64,000 bases of DNA from an uncultured virus (IMG/VR IMGVR_UViG_3300043399_001317) (IMGVR_UViG_3300043399_001317), one strand, 5' to 3'; shown: positions 1 through 10,415, numbered from the stretch's first letter. Made by a program: numbers and translations. Notes: generated by a model from the sequence alone, not told the origin.

Positions 1-151
1 TTTTCGGGTCTGCTTCTACTATTTGGTCAAATATCCTTCTGTTTATGTCAGAATAATATTTCTGATATATTTCATCTGGAGATAAAGTTTTATCTTCAAT
101 TAATATATTTGATAATTCCTTAAACTGATTTTCTGTTATTAATATTTCCAT
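1..151 (-). CDS. 5' part of a paralog of the 139..1515 protein (runs off the window)
   Basis: ATG at 149-151 overlaps the end of the upstream gene; reads MEILITENQFKELSNILIEDKTLSPDEIYQKYY, nearly identical to the start of its neighbour. Confidence 0.85.
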   Translation of the reverse strand, partial: MEILITENQFKELSNILIEDKTLSPDEIYQKYYSDINRRIFDQIVEADPK

Positions 152-1515
152 TTTCCTTTTAATTTTGGGTACATTTCATCTAATTCTTCTTCTGTGTATT
201 TTGAAAGTCCAGAATTTTTTATGTAAATATTTCCTTCAACTTCCAAGTTTTCTGATAATGATTCAATTTTTACACAATTTATTAAACCCAAACTCCCTCC
301 AACTGTTTGAAGTTTTCCAAGGCTTGTTAAGGAGGTACATCCCCTTAATTCCAAATATCCCCCAACTGTTTCAAGTTTTCCAAGGCTTGTTAAGGATTTG
401 CAATTTAATAAATTCAAATTCCCCTTAACTGTTTGAAGATTTTCAAGGCTTGTTAATGAGGTGCATCCATTTAAATAGGAATTCCCTTCAACCCTTTTAA
501 GTTTTCCAAGGCTTGTTAAGGAGGTACAATTATATAAATTAAAAAACCCATCAACCCTTTCAAGTTTTCCAATCGTTTTTAAGGAGGTACAATTTCCTAA
601 ACCTATGTTCCCATATATTGTTCTCCAATGCTCTGGAATTTTTTTTATGTTTGTTGCATATAAATTTAAAAACCCTCTAAACCCTTTTTCTTCAAAATTT
701 TTTAATTTAAGTTCAACTATATTTTCTTCTGGTATTTCAAAAAAATTAACAGTATAATCATTAGGTTCAATTTCGCTTATATTTCTCAATATTTGTTTTC
801 TAAAAATCCCAAATAAATCTTTATTAGTATATAAAAATTGTTCCCAACCTTTCAAATCTTCATCATCTTTATCTTTAAATTGGTAATCTTCAAAATGAAA
901 TTGATATTTTTCTGATTCATCTCGTTTATTTATGATAATATAAAGATTCGCTTTTGAATTATATTTATCAAAACGATTTTCTCTATCCTGATAATCTGGA
1001 TTTAAGCAATATTGTCCATTTGATGTACACCATTCGGTATTAACTCCCAGATAAGCGGCTCCTTTTTCGGTTTTTGGAATAAAAACCCACCAGTTGTCAG
1101 AACCTTTAATTTCTTCATAGTCAACTCCAGCATCCAATTTTTCGAATATTTCTTTAATTGAAGAATTTATATTTAATATCTTGTCTTCTATTATATTATA
1201 AATCTCCGGTAAAGTTTGAACTGTATTAGGGATTGAACGATTATATTTATAAACAAGTTTTAAATAATATTTTGCTTTTGACAAATCTTCCAAAGGCAAT
1301 TTATTATTTCTAAACATATTAAGAAGCAACTTCGCATATCTCCCCACTTTAATACCCGGAATTGTTTTCGGGTCAGCTTCTATTATCTTATCAAATATAT
1401 CTCTTTTTATTTTTGAATAATATTTCTGATATATTTCATCTGGAGATAAAGTTTTATCTTCAATTAATATATTTGATAATTCCCTAAATTGATTTTCGGT
1501 TATTAATATTTCCAT
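139..1515 (-). CDS. Protein with PcfJ-like (TxWC) domain and C-terminal ~22-aa LRR-like repeats
   Basis: Likely start MEILITENQF (matches the paralog); GVNTEWCTS...LYIII..KYQFHF motif; repeats of type LETVGGYLELRGCTSLTSLGK. Confidence 0.65.
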   Translation of the reverse strand: MEILITENQFRELSNILIEDKTLSPDEIYQKYYSKIKRDIFDKIIEADPKTIPGIKVGRYAKLLLNMFRNNKLPLEDLSKAKYYLKLVYKYNRSIPNTVQTLPEIYNIIEDKILNINSSIKEIFEKLDAGVDYEEIKGSDNWWVFIPKTEKGAAYLGVNTEWCTSNGQYCLNPDYQDRENRFDKYNSKANLYIIINKRDESEKYQFHFEDYQFKDKDDEDLKGWEQFLYTNKDLFGIFRKQILRNISEIEPNDYTVNFFEIPEENIVELKLKNFEEKGFRGFLNLYATNIKKIPEHWRTIYGNIGLGNCTSLKTIGKLERVDGFFNLYNCTSLTSLGKLKRVEGNSYLNGCTSLTSLENLQTVKGNLNLLNCKSLTSLGKLETVGGYLELRGCTSLTSLGKLQTVGGSLGLINCVKIESLSENLEVEGNIYIKNSGLSKYTEEELDEMYPKLKGKWKY

Positions 1516-1551
1516 TAAAGTAAGAAATTTGATTATAAATAAATAGTTCAA

Positions 1552-2349
1552 TCAATCATTTCTGGGGAATGAAGACCTCACAGACCAATAACCACGGCTT
1601 ATATCCACCCTATCTTTCCAGTTATTTGCTGTGTGATAACCGGACTTATAAAGACACTTGCAAATATCTGGGGCATTATCAAAACTTTTACATCTTGCAT
1701 ATCTCTTTTGGTTAAAAACTCTTGCCCATCCATTAATCATATCTTCGTAACTGTTATAACTTGAAAAATCACAAGGTATGGGTTTTCCTTTACTATTATA
1801 GCAATCATCCAACGCTTTTGTTTTGCCGGCACCTTTAACATATTTAACACCACCGGGGTTCATATGTTCCCGCATTAATCTTGATTCCTGACCGTTTATG
1901 GTAGCTTCAATAATGAAGTATGAATAAATAATAGAAATGGGAAACCCTGTTTTTTCGTGCATATCCCAGAAAAATTGGTCATAGTTATAAGCCAACCAAA
2001 CCCTTCTTAGCATAGGTTCATCCCATCTATCCAATTTTTTAAAACCAGCCCTTAACATTGTATGTACCAATTGTTCCCGGGTCAAACCTTTTATCAACAT
2101 ACCGGGATTCTTTTCCCATTTAACATTTAAAGGTCTAAGCCATTGTTTCTTTCTATCTTCTTCTGAAACACTTGTATCTTTCATTATCTCCAAATCTGAA
2201 AGTAATTCATTTTTTTCTTCGTCAGATAATTTATCATTTTTGGATATAATTACTACTTCTTTCTCTTGATTTATACTGCCCCTTATGTAATTTTTATCTG
2301 GAGAACAAGAAAAAGATAAAATAATTAAAATTGCTGCATATTTTTTCAT
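1552..2349 (-). CDS. Lipoprotein with GH73/glucosaminidase-like peptidoglycan hydrolase domain
   Basis: Lipobox-like MKKYAAILIILSFSC; IIEAT (catalytic Glu), NPGGVK, YNSYED, GYHTA (YATD-like). Confidence 0.65.
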   Translation of the reverse strand: MKKYAAILIILSFSCSPDKNYIRGSINQEKEVVIISKNDKLSDEEKNELLSDLEIMKDTSVSEEDRKKQWLRPLNVKWEKNPGMLIKGLTREQLVHTMLRAGFKKLDRWDEPMLRRVWLAYNYDQFFWDMHEKTGFPISIIYSYFIIEATINGQESRLMREHMNPGGVKYVKGAGKTKALDDCYNSKGKPIPCDFSSYNSYEDMINGWARVFNQKRYARCKSFDNAPDICKCLYKSGYHTANNWKDRVDISRGYWSVRSSFPRND

Positions 2350-2422
2350 TTTAGTTAGGAAATTTTATATAAAATAACAATATATTTTAGTTTTTCAATA
2401 TATTTCTTTAAAAAGATTTGAC

Positions 2423-2656
2423 ATGTTTGAAAGATTTAGTAAATTTGTGAGAAAGTTGAATGACAATAAAGTTCGCCTTTCTTTTAAAGATGATGAAGGC
2501 GTAACAGCCAAAGTAATTTTCACCAAAAAAAAACCAGATAAATGGGATTTTTTGGAGGTTCAATTACATGATAAAATAAAAGACAAATACCCCAATTTGT
2601 CAGATAAAGAATTTATTGAAAGGGGGATAATTGAAATTAAAAAATATCAAGGTTAA
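2423..2656 (+). CDS. Hypothetical protein
   Basis: 77-aa ORF coupled to thyA by a TAATG overlap. Confidence 0.7.
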   Translation: MFERFSKFVRKLNDNKVRLSFKDDEGVTAKVIFTKKKPDKWDFLEVQLHDKIKDKYPNLSDKEFIERGIIEIKKYQG

Positions 2657-3726
2657 TGAACGAAATAGAAAATAATGGAAACGGTACTGCGTACAACCCA
2701 GACATGAAATTTGATAACATTAATTCTTTTTTATTCTATCTTAAAAGTTTGGATGGCACCATAATGATAGACCCCAAATTTTTGGTTAAAAAAGAAGGTA
2801 TTATCCCGCAAGAAAAACCAATAGGTATTTCTTTAACCACACTGATAAAATATCTATCGGAGATAAAAGACAAACAAGATGAAAGAGATAACATAAATAA
2901 AGCCGACAAATATTTCATCAAGAACTTAAACAACATTGTTGACAAGGGTCATTGGGATATAAACCCAAGAGCTAAATATAGGGATGGCACTGATGCAAAC
3001 TCAAAATTTATTACCCAAGTATTTGAGGAGTACGATATAAGCAAAGGCGAATTTCCAATAACCACATTGAGGGATACTGCAATAACGATAGGAATAAGAG
3101 AAATTCTTTGGATATATCAAAAACAAACCTCATCTTTGCAAACAGCTTGGGAAATGGGTATTCATTGGTGGGATTCTTGGAACATAGGTGATGATACAAT
3201 AGGTCAAAGATATGGGGCAACCGTAAAGAAATGGGGTTTAATGGATAAACTCCTCGTATCTCTTATTAAAGAGCCTTTCTCAAGAAGGCATATTATGAAT
3301 ATGTATCAAGAACAAGACCTAATAGAAACAAAAGGTTTATTCCCTTGCGCATATGAAACAATATGGTCGGTAAGGAAGGATAAGGACGATAAACTTTTCT
3401 TAGATATGACATTGATACAAAGGAGTAACGATTATATTGTCGCTGGTTACATAAACAAAATACAATACGTTGCCCTTATGATGATGGTCGCCGGGCATTG
3501 CGGATATGAGGTGGGCAAATTCTGCCACTTAGTCCAGAACCTACATATCTATGACAGGCATATCCACGCAGCCCTTGAGATATTGAATAAAAAACCACTG
3601 GACATAAAACCAAAGATTGTGCTGAAACAAAAAAAGCATTTCTACGATTATACAATAGACGATTTTGAAATAATCAATACCGAAGGGATAAAGAAAATAA
3701 AATCGAAATTGGAACTTGGAATATAA
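2656..3726 (+). CDS. thyA: Thymidylate synthase
   Basis: FPITTLR, EILW, LFPCAY, QRSND, INKIQY, NLHIYDRH motifs; has an N-terminal extension. Confidence 0.95.
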   Translation: MNEIENNGNGTAYNPDMKFDNINSFLFYLKSLDGTIMIDPKFLVKKEGIIPQEKPIGISLTTLIKYLSEIKDKQDERDNINKADKYFIKNLNNIVDKGHWDINPRAKYRDGTDANSKFITQVFEEYDISKGEFPITTLRDTAITIGIREILWIYQKQTSSLQTAWEMGIHWWDSWNIGDDTIGQRYGATVKKWGLMDKLLVSLIKEPFSRRHIMNMYQEQDLIETKGLFPCAYETIWSVRKDKDDKLFLDMTLIQRSNDYIVAGYINKIQYVALMMMVAGHCGYEVGKFCHLVQNLHIYDRHIHAALEILNKKPLDIKPKIVLKQKKHFYDYTIDDFEIINTEGIKKIKSKLELGI

Positions 3727-3729
3727 TTT

Positions 3730-4167
3730 TTAAAGCATGAATTTTTTTATGGTTGTAATTGAAGAGGGGTCTTTTAACAAAGCCGAAAGCCCAAAATGTT
3801 TTGGTTTTAAGTTCATAAGGCCATCAAAATCCACCCATAAAAAATCGCTTGTTTCCCAGTTTAATTTTGGTTCAAACTCTTTGTCCAATACACCAATAAA
3901 ATTGTAATAAGTAAAATCTGCCTTATTACTTTCAAAAACAAACGCTTTATACAATGATACGTTACCGTAAAATTCTGTTTCTTCTGATAATTCGCGTAAA
4001 GCCGCTTCTGATGGCTTTAAATCGTCGTCATCAATTTTTCCTCCCCACACACCCCAAGTATTCGGTTCCATGACATAAGGGCTTCTAAGGGCTAATAAAG
4101 CCCTTTTTGTTGGTTCACAAATGGGTAATATTCCAGCGCCTCTGGTACCCCAAAAAACATTCGACAT
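3730..4167 (-). CDS. NUDIX hydrolase
   Basis: GGKIDDDDLKPSEAALRELSEETE Nudix box. Confidence 0.9.
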   Translation of the reverse strand: MSNVFWGTRGAGILPICEPTKRALLALRSPYVMEPNTWGVWGGKIDDDDLKPSEAALRELSEETEFYGNVSLYKAFVFESNKADFTYYNFIGVLDKEFEPKLNWETSDFLWVDFDGLMNLKPKHFGLSALLKDPSSITTIKKFML

Positions 4168-4201
4168 AAAAATTTTTTAAATAAATATACTAAAAAAAAT
4201 T

Positions 4202-4435
4202 ATGGAAAGAAAGTTTAAATTTTCAATTTGGAAACGAATGAAAGAAGGTGAAAATAGAACCTTAATTGAGGAGAAGTTTTTCCCAACTTTTGTTTCGGGT
4301 AAAAGTTATTTTAAAGATACCATTTCTGATTATGGTCTGCAAATGTCTGATGCAGAACAAGACAATCAACCTCCTTTATTGCGGGCTTATGCGGATGGTA
4401 AAAATATCCTCATACAACTCAGGCAGGAGGATTAA
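4202..4435 (+). CDS. Hypothetical protein
   Basis: 77-aa ORF followed by a GGGGGG/CCCCCC hairpin terminator. Confidence 0.6.
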   Translation: MERKFKFSIWKRMKEGENRTLIEEKFFPTFVSGKSYFKDTISDYGLQMSDAEQDNQPPLLRAYADGKNILIQLRQED

Positions 4436-4482
4436 AAAAAATGGGGGGTTAAAAACCCCCCACAAAAAAACCAAATAACTAA

Positions 4483-4713
4483 TTACGTAAACTTCAAAAC
4501 CTGTTCTTTAAATATTTCCACCACTTCATCATAATTCCCCCAATCTTTATCCTCGGATAAATATGATATGTTGGCGGCAGAAAGAAAATCTGCTTTTTCA
4601 TTATTTTCAAGTTCATCAAATTTTTTACCCCAAATATTTGGATGTAATTTTTTTAAATCTTCGAACTTAATCTTTTTAATAGGAACAGTTTTCAAAACTT
4701 TTTTCTTCTTCAT
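4483..4713 (-). CDS. Hypothetical protein
   Basis: 76-aa ORF directly after the RNA ligase. Confidence 0.65.
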   Translation of the reverse strand: MKKKKVLKTVPIKKIKFEDLKKLHPNIWGKKFDELENNEKADFLSAANISYLSEDKDWGNYDEVVEIFKEQVLKFT

Positions 4714-4714
4714 C

Positions 4715-5743
4715 TTATTTTTGTTTTTCCCCGAGTAAAAAATTATTGCTTATCACTTTGAAGGATATTTTTCTGTCCAGTGAACGAACCACAATACCTT
4801 CCCTTTTAGCCATTGAATTATTTATTGCAGAAATACCGTCAGCCTGAACCAGCAGTTCGCTTATGGAATCCGGTAGCTTGTACGATTCATATATAATTGG
4901 CACAGTTTTCAATCCAAGGCTTTCAATGGTTTTCACAAAATTTTCAAAATCGTAATATTCTTGTTTATCGATATCAAAAACATTGTAGAAAAAAACATGT
5001 TGACCTTTTAGTTTGTAAATATTGCCTTGGATACCTTCTCCCACGAGTTCCCCTTGCAAACATATGTTTTTACCCAAACCAGCTAGCAAATTTTTGAGGT
5101 TAATTTCAGAAGCAACTTTCCAGAATGAATTTGTTTTACCACCTTCTTCGGGTTCTGAAAGTTCATAGTTTCTTGAACAAACACCGAAAACACCGTCTTT
5201 AAAATAAAAAGTTGCCGAACTACCATCCAGTTTCTCAGTAACATAGAAAGTTTTCTCCTTATACTTTTCATAAAAATTTGTGAGGTTCTGAATCCTTTCC
5301 TCATCTGTTTTAAAAAGGAAGGAAGGGAAACCACCTTTCATTTCACCGGACAATGATGCAGGAATGGGCGCTTCATATTTTACAATACCCAGCATTTCAG
5401 AAACATCCGTTCCGATTTCCATGTTAGAATTTTCTTCACCAATAATTTGGATAGGGAGGATAAGACCTTGGGATATTTGCCCAAGCATTTTAATTGTCCT
5501 CAATCTAAAACCCTCTTTATCCCCCATCTTTTTGTAAGAACTTTTCCTTAAAAATTCAAACTCATCCTTAATAGGTAAGAAAGAATCTATTTCACAGTAG
5601 ATGATTGAATCCCCAACTTTATGACCTACGTTTTTGGCCACTACTACCTTCCAACCATCAACCGTAGCCAATTCAATGGCGTCAGCTCCTTTAATTGGTT
5701 CAATTTTAGAAATTTTTCTAATTGTCGCTAATTTACGTTCCAT
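4715..5743 (-). CDS. RNA ligase, DRB0094/Rnl2-like family
   Basis: N-terminal RKLATIR..IEPI.GADAIE..V.GW; KTDEERIQN, TEKLDGSS, QGELVG, EGIV, FKVIS motifs. Confidence 0.9.
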   Translation of the reverse strand: MERKLATIRKISKIEPIKGADAIELATVDGWKVVVAKNVGHKVGDSIIYCEIDSFLPIKDEFEFLRKSSYKKMGDKEGFRLRTIKMLGQISQGLILPIQIIGEENSNMEIGTDVSEMLGIVKYEAPIPASLSGEMKGGFPSFLFKTDEERIQNLTNFYEKYKEKTFYVTEKLDGSSATFYFKDGVFGVCSRNYELSEPEEGGKTNSFWKVASEINLKNLLAGLGKNICLQGELVGEGIQGNIYKLKGQHVFFYNVFDIDKQEYYDFENFVKTIESLGLKTVPIIYESYKLPDSISELLVQADGISAINNSMAKREGIVVRSLDRKISFKVISNNFLLGEKQK

Positions 5744-5963
5744 AATTTGAATTTTTTAAAATGTCTTCACAAAATGAATAAATGTTAAATAATGTTTCTA
5801 ATTCCTTTTTGGCTTCGCTAACACCTAAATCGCATATGAAAGTATTTAAAGTGTTATTATTGTTTGTTATCTTAACTTTCTGTTTTTGATAATCTATATG
5901 AGCAAAATATTTTTTCCCATCTGAATCTATCTCATATGTTTCTACTGTTAGTTTTGCTTGCAT
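5733..5963 (-). CDS. Hypothetical protein
   Basis: 76-aa ORF in operon. Confidence 0.6.
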   Translation of the reverse strand: MQAKLTVETYEIDSDGKKYFAHIDYQKQKVKITNNNNTLNTFICDLGVSEAKKELETLFNIYSFCEDILKNSNYGT

Positions 5964-5967
5964 GTTT

Positions 5968-6456
5968 TTAATATTTTATCACTTTAGCCAATTTTATATC
6001 TATAAAAGCGTTTACTCTATTCGCAATGCCTCCATTTGCTCCGAACTGGGTTTTAGTTTTTGTTCGTTTGTGTTTTATGGTTTCATTTTTTAAAAAATCA
6101 TATATTTTAAAAGAAAGTAAATGCTGTGAATCTGCTAAAATAACAAAGATATGGTAGTTAAGTTTATTTTTTTTGGCTATCCTTATACCATCATCTATTT
6201 TTGTGGCAGTAATCAAATAGTCTGAATATTTTTTTCCTTGAAAAACCATGTTACCATCTGATAAAGAAGCATTTCTAAATTTAGCTTCAAAAACTGATAA
6301 CAACGTGTCCTGTTTTAAAATAAAACCATCCACAAAAGAAGGGCTTTCAAGTGGGAAGAAACAAAAATCTATTCCCAATTTTTTTGAAATGTCATATAGA
6401 ACTTTTCTTGTATCATCTTCATATTTTTTTCCGTTTGGTGTAAGTACATTCAACAT
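5968..6456 (-). CDS. Putative PD-(D/E)xK nuclease-fold protein
   Basis: FVDGFI...VFEAKFRN pattern. Confidence 0.55.
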   Translation of the reverse strand: MLNVLTPNGKKYEDDTRKVLYDISKKLGIDFCFFPLESPSFVDGFILKQDTLLSVFEAKFRNASLSDGNMVFQGKKYSDYLITATKIDDGIRIAKKNKLNYHIFVILADSQHLLSFKIYDFLKNETIKHKRTKTKTQFGANGGIANRVNAFIDIKLAKVIKY

Positions 6457-6509
6457 CTATTTTAAATTTTACAAATATAACCTTTTAAAATTATAAAAAG
6501 GTTAATGTT

Positions 6510-7550
6510 TTATTTACCATATTCTACCTGAATAATATTTTCTTTACCCAGTTCAACTTTTAAAACATTTGGGAAGATTATATCTTTCTCTTGTGCAGTC
6601 ATAACAGGAAATTCAAATTTAGGATGTTTATATTTCATTTCATTTTTATTTGGGTCTGAATTTCTATTCTCTACAAAATCAATGTGATTTTTTATTCTTT
6701 TATCGACAAATGAATTGTAAAAATCAACAGGTTTTGATAATATATTTTCAACAGCAAAGTTACAGATAAAGGAATCTATATCATAACCAATGCTGTTTCT
6801 GTTGGATGCAATAGCAGCCAGTGTTGTTGTACCCAAACCTAAAAATGGGTCTAATACAGTATCCCCAATCAATGAATACATATTGATAAGCCTGTAAGGT
6901 AATTCAAAAGGGTAGGCAGCACTTCTATCCCTACTATCAGGGTTATCCATTTTTTGTTTCACGCCTTTCAAATCCCATATGTCAGAAAACCAAGCGTTTC
7001 TTTCCTCCCAAAAGTAAGCGCTTTTCCTTCTTTTTAATTTATCTGAATCGCTAATAAATTCCCTTTTACCAGCCTTCCTAAATATTAAAACCCATTCATG
7101 TTCCAATGTTACATAAGCACCGGCGGGTAACATACCAGAACCCATAAATTTATTAGGTGCGTTCGTTTGTTTTTTCCATATAATGTTGGGTAGGTTTGAA
7201 AAACCCATACCTAAAAAATGAGATATAATCCTTGAATGGTTTGGGTAAAGTGAAAATTTTTTATTTATTGTCCTTGTTGCATCACCTATGTTTATGCAAG
7301 CAAAACCTCCCGGAACCAAAACCCTTCCCACTTCATTCCAGACCTTATCCAATTCAAGATGCATTAACTCAAATGCGAGAAAGCCATCATTTTTGATGGC
7401 TTCCCCGATTCCGTTATTTTGTTTTGCAAATATCTCATCCCACATTTCAATCATTGGGTATGGGGGGGATGTTACGATTAATTCCACAGAATTATCCCCA
7501 ACCAGCCCCATATTTTGGGATGCCCCAATCAATACGTTGTGTTTGCTCAT
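6510..7550 (-). CDS. DNA methyltransferase (N4-C/N6-A, beta class)
   Basis: VTSPPY catalytic motif before VLDPFLGLGTT SAM-binding motif. Confidence 0.92.
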   Translation of the reverse strand: MSKHNVLIGASQNMGLVGDNSVELIVTSPPYPMIEMWDEIFAKQNNGIGEAIKNDGFLAFELMHLELDKVWNEVGRVLVPGGFACINIGDATRTINKKFSLYPNHSRIISHFLGMGFSNLPNIIWKKQTNAPNKFMGSGMLPAGAYVTLEHEWVLIFRKAGKREFISDSDKLKRRKSAYFWEERNAWFSDIWDLKGVKQKMDNPDSRDRSAAYPFELPYRLINMYSLIGDTVLDPFLGLGTTTLAAIASNRNSIGYDIDSFICNFAVENILSKPVDFYNSFVDKRIKNHIDFVENRNSDPNKNEMKYKHPKFEFPVMTAQEKDIIFPNVLKVELGKENIIQVEYGK

Positions 7551-7556
7551 AAATTA

Positions 7557-7880
7557 TTATTTTTTTAAATCTGATTCATAAAACCAGCAAATATAAGATA
7601 CAACTTCGCCATACTTGTCAACGAAGAAGTCAAAACCCAGAACAGCCGGGAAAGATTTTGGGAAATGGCTCATCTTGCTTTTCGTTTTGAACCAATATTC
7701 GACACCTGCACATTCACCAGTATCTTCTTTAGAAATACCGGCTTCATACTTGGTTTGGAAGTTTACTCCGAACTCCTTTGCCAAAGTGTCCCGAAAAGCA
7801 ACACCGTTCTTTCTGGTTTTAAAAAGCCAATTAATAAAGTCTTTTTCAGTTTCAAACTTGAATTTGGTTAAAGTCATCAT
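7557..7880 (-). CDS. Hypothetical protein
   Basis: 107-aa ORF in operon. Confidence 0.6.
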   Translation of the reverse strand: MMTLTKFKFETEKDFINWLFKTRKNGVAFRDTLAKEFGVNFQTKYEAGISKEDTGECAGVEYWFKTKSKMSHFPKSFPAVLGFDFFVDKYGEVVSYICWFYESDLKK

Positions 7881-8364
7881 AGTTTTTTCTTTTTAGAGTG
7901 ACAAAATAAAAAGGATATTCATTTCTTTCGTTTTTTTCAAATCTTACACGTGCTATTTCGTTCCAATCATTCATTTCTATATTATAGAACGTATCAGCTT
8001 CTATTTTTGTTTCAACCAAAGTCAAATAAATTTTATTGCAATATGGGTAAAACAAAGAATATATCTGAGCGCCCCCTATAATGAACAGTTCTTTTTCATT
8101 GTTTGCTTGAGCAAAGTTAATAACTTTTTCTGGATTATCAAAGCATTTTACATTATTTATTTCACCTCCTCTACTTAATACTAAGTTTGTCCTACCGGGA
8201 AGCGGTCTACCCAAAGATTCATAAGTCTTTCTACCCATAACAATATGGTGTCCCATTGTGGTCTCTTTAAATAATTTTAAATCATCCTTCAAAGACCAAG
8301 GTATTTTATTTTTAAAACCAATACCTCCATTTAAATCTGTTGCCAAAATAATTGTTATTTCCAT
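7852..8364 (-). CDS. folA: Dihydrofolate reductase
   Basis: GIG..NKIPW..DL..FK..T, VMGRKTYES.RPLPGRTN, IIGGAQIY. Confidence 0.96.
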   Translation of the reverse strand: MEITIILATDLNGGIGFKNKIPWSLKDDLKLFKETTMGHHIVMGRKTYESLGRPLPGRTNLVLSRGGEINNVKCFDNPEKVINFAQANNEKELFIIGGAQIYSLFYPYCNKIYLTLVETKIEADTFYNIEMNDWNEIARVRFEKNERNEYPFYFVTLKRKNYDDFNQIQV

Positions 8365-8436
8365 TTTATTTATTTTTTAAAAAAAAATAACCCCCCACCC
8401 GAACCAGTCAGATGGGGGGTTATAAAAACCAAATAG

Positions 8437-8982
8437 TTAGTTGTTCCTGTTCTCACCGATGAACAAGTTACCGTAGCCTAAAATACCGATAGGTAAAGAA
8501 ACGCATACGATTATCTTGCCCACGACGCCACTGTCAAGTCCAAATAATTCCATGATTCCAAAGAGGGAGAAATCGGTTAATACTTGAACGAAGAAGAATA
8601 CAAACAACCAAATTCCCCTCGCAGATACCCACATTGCATTGCCCACTTTGATTTTTTTATTATTGAAATTAGCGGCAATCATTATGCCACTGGTTTCAAA
8701 AACAATACCCATCAAGACGCCAAAAAATAAGTGAATGTGAATGTCTACGGTGGCAGAAACTCTTTTTTCAAGCAAACCAAACATGCAGGCTTGGAAAAGG
8801 ATGGCAATAACCGTAAAAACCATTGCGGTCGTTTGGCTGGTGAGAATCCTCATTCCGAAGTGGTCTTCAGAAGCCCTTTTACCCCCATTGTAGTTCGCGG
8901 GTTTGTTGTTTGGCTTTTCGTCGTAGTCCGGGTTATTCCTGTTAGGCTTTGGCTCCGGGTCAGGATAAGGTTTAAAGCTCAT
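8437..8982 (-). CDS. Membrane protein (about 4 TM segments)
   Basis: Four hydrophobic stretches after a P/N-rich N-terminus; has its own promoter and terminator. Confidence 0.7.
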   Translation of the reverse strand: MSFKPYPDPEPKPNRNNPDYDEKPNNKPANYNGGKRASEDHFGMRILTSQTTAMVFTVIAILFQACMFGLLEKRVSATVDIHIHLFFGVLMGIVFETSGIMIAANFNNKKIKVGNAMWVSARGIWLFVFFFVQVLTDFSLFGIMELFGLDSGVVGKIIVCVSLPIGILGYGNLFIGENRNN

Positions 8983-9054
8983 GTTTCACTGTTTTAATTG
9001 TTACTGCAATATTTACACCACAAAGATAAACTACTTTTCTGAATATGCAAAATT

Positions 9055-9231
9055 TTAAGAAGTTTTTTTCGATTTAAATTTCTCCATGCAGTCATAATGA
9101 ATAAAACCTTCATTCTTTCCCAACAGAACGCTTATGTCCGCTTTATTAACCAATGGGCATCCATTGTTACCCCATTTAACAGTTTTCCCACAGACAACGC
9201 AAGGATTTGTCACTTTTTTTTTCTGTTCCAT
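9055..9231 (-). CDS. Small putative zinc-binding protein (58 aa, below the track cut-off)
   Basis: MEQKKKVTNPCVVCGK...FIHYDC: CxxC plus HxxC. Confidence 0.55.
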   Translation of the reverse strand: MEQKKKVTNPCVVCGKTVKWGNNGCPLVNKADISVLLGKNEGFIHYDCMEKFKSKKTS

Positions 9232-9235
9232 TTTA

Positions 9236-10369
9236 TTATAAATTTAAATTTTGTTGGGAAGCCCAATAATTAATTCTGTTCTTTGCTATTTCACAATAAT
9301 CATTTTCCCTTTCAATTCCTATTGAGTTAAAACCTTCCATATGGGCACCTATTAAGGTTGAACCACTCCCCATGAAAGGGTCTAAAACAGTACCACCGGG
9401 GGGTGTAACCAACCTACAAAGATAACGCATTAAATTTATTGGTTTTACAGTTGGGTGATGGTTTAGTGTTTCATTAACCCCTCTGTTTCTGGGATTATCA
9501 CCTCCGGGATTTCCTTCTTTTCTACTTTCATCCATTTTTTTGGGGGTTAAATTTTCTAAACCTAAGTTCCTCTCTTTTGTACTTGCTTTTGCTTGATAGA
9601 AGAAGCGGGCGGCGGAACCGGAATCACCGTATTGTGGGTCGCAAGGAGCATTACTTATCCCGCTCCACATTCCACCTGTGCCGCGAATATTTTTGTCTTT
9701 ACCCGCTTTGCTGTTAGGAAATAATTCCACCACTTCCTCGCTCCCATCATGAATTAGGTTGGCGGGGAAGCGGCCTTTTACGGTTTTGTATTCATTTTTG
9801 TTTGGTAAATACGAACCATTCCCAAACTGATTGCCATGAACAGGGCTAAAGTCTTTTTGCTGATTTTTTAGTTCCTCCGTACCAACCCTACACCCATCTA
9901 TGTTTATACCGCCCGTGCCCCACATCAACACGTTTTCCGCTACTGTGCCCTGTAAGGGTTTGCGGGCAACGGTGATGGGCTCGATGCTTGGTTTTAGAGA
10001 TGTACCAAACCCTTCCCATTTTTTTTCATCTATTCCATCTACCTTGTTTATAGCTTTCCCAATGTCCAGTGATTTCGGGAACCCTTGCCCATATACCCAC
10101 ATAATCATGTCCCTAATCTCAAACCCTGCATCTTCGATACGCACGGCCATGCGGTGCTGTGTACGGGTTCCTGCGAAGGCCAACAAGTGCCCACCGGGTT
10201 TCAATACCCGTAAACACTCTTGCCATATTTCGATACTGGGTACATCGTAATCCCATTTTTTCCCCATGAAAGCAAGCCCATAAGGTGGGTCTGTGACAAT
10301 AGAATCAATGCTATTGTCAGGCATTTTTTTAAGTACCTCTAAACAATCAGAATTAATTATTTCAAACAT
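9236..10369 (-). CDS. DNA methyltransferase (N6-A/N4-C, beta class)
   Basis: VTDPPY, HPTVKP, VLDPFMGSGST. Confidence 0.93.
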   Translation of the reverse strand: MFEIINSDCLEVLKKMPDNSIDSIVTDPPYGLAFMGKKWDYDVPSIEIWQECLRVLKPGGHLLAFAGTRTQHRMAVRIEDAGFEIRDMIMWVYGQGFPKSLDIGKAINKVDGIDEKKWEGFGTSLKPSIEPITVARKPLQGTVAENVLMWGTGGINIDGCRVGTEELKNQQKDFSPVHGNQFGNGSYLPNKNEYKTVKGRFPANLIHDGSEEVVELFPNSKAGKDKNIRGTGGMWSGISNAPCDPQYGDSGSAARFFYQAKASTKERNLGLENLTPKKMDESRKEGNPGGDNPRNRGVNETLNHHPTVKPINLMRYLCRLVTPPGGTVLDPFMGSGSTLIGAHMEGFNSIGIERENDYCEIAKNRINYWASQQNLNL

Positions 10370-10415
10370 AATAATTGGTTTATGAAAACAAATATATGGT
10401 TAATATTGCGTTTAA

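Noticed and set aside
5968..10369. Complete restriction-modification system
   Set aside because: The nuclease call is tentative and orphan methyltransferases are common in large phages; no support for a cognate pair
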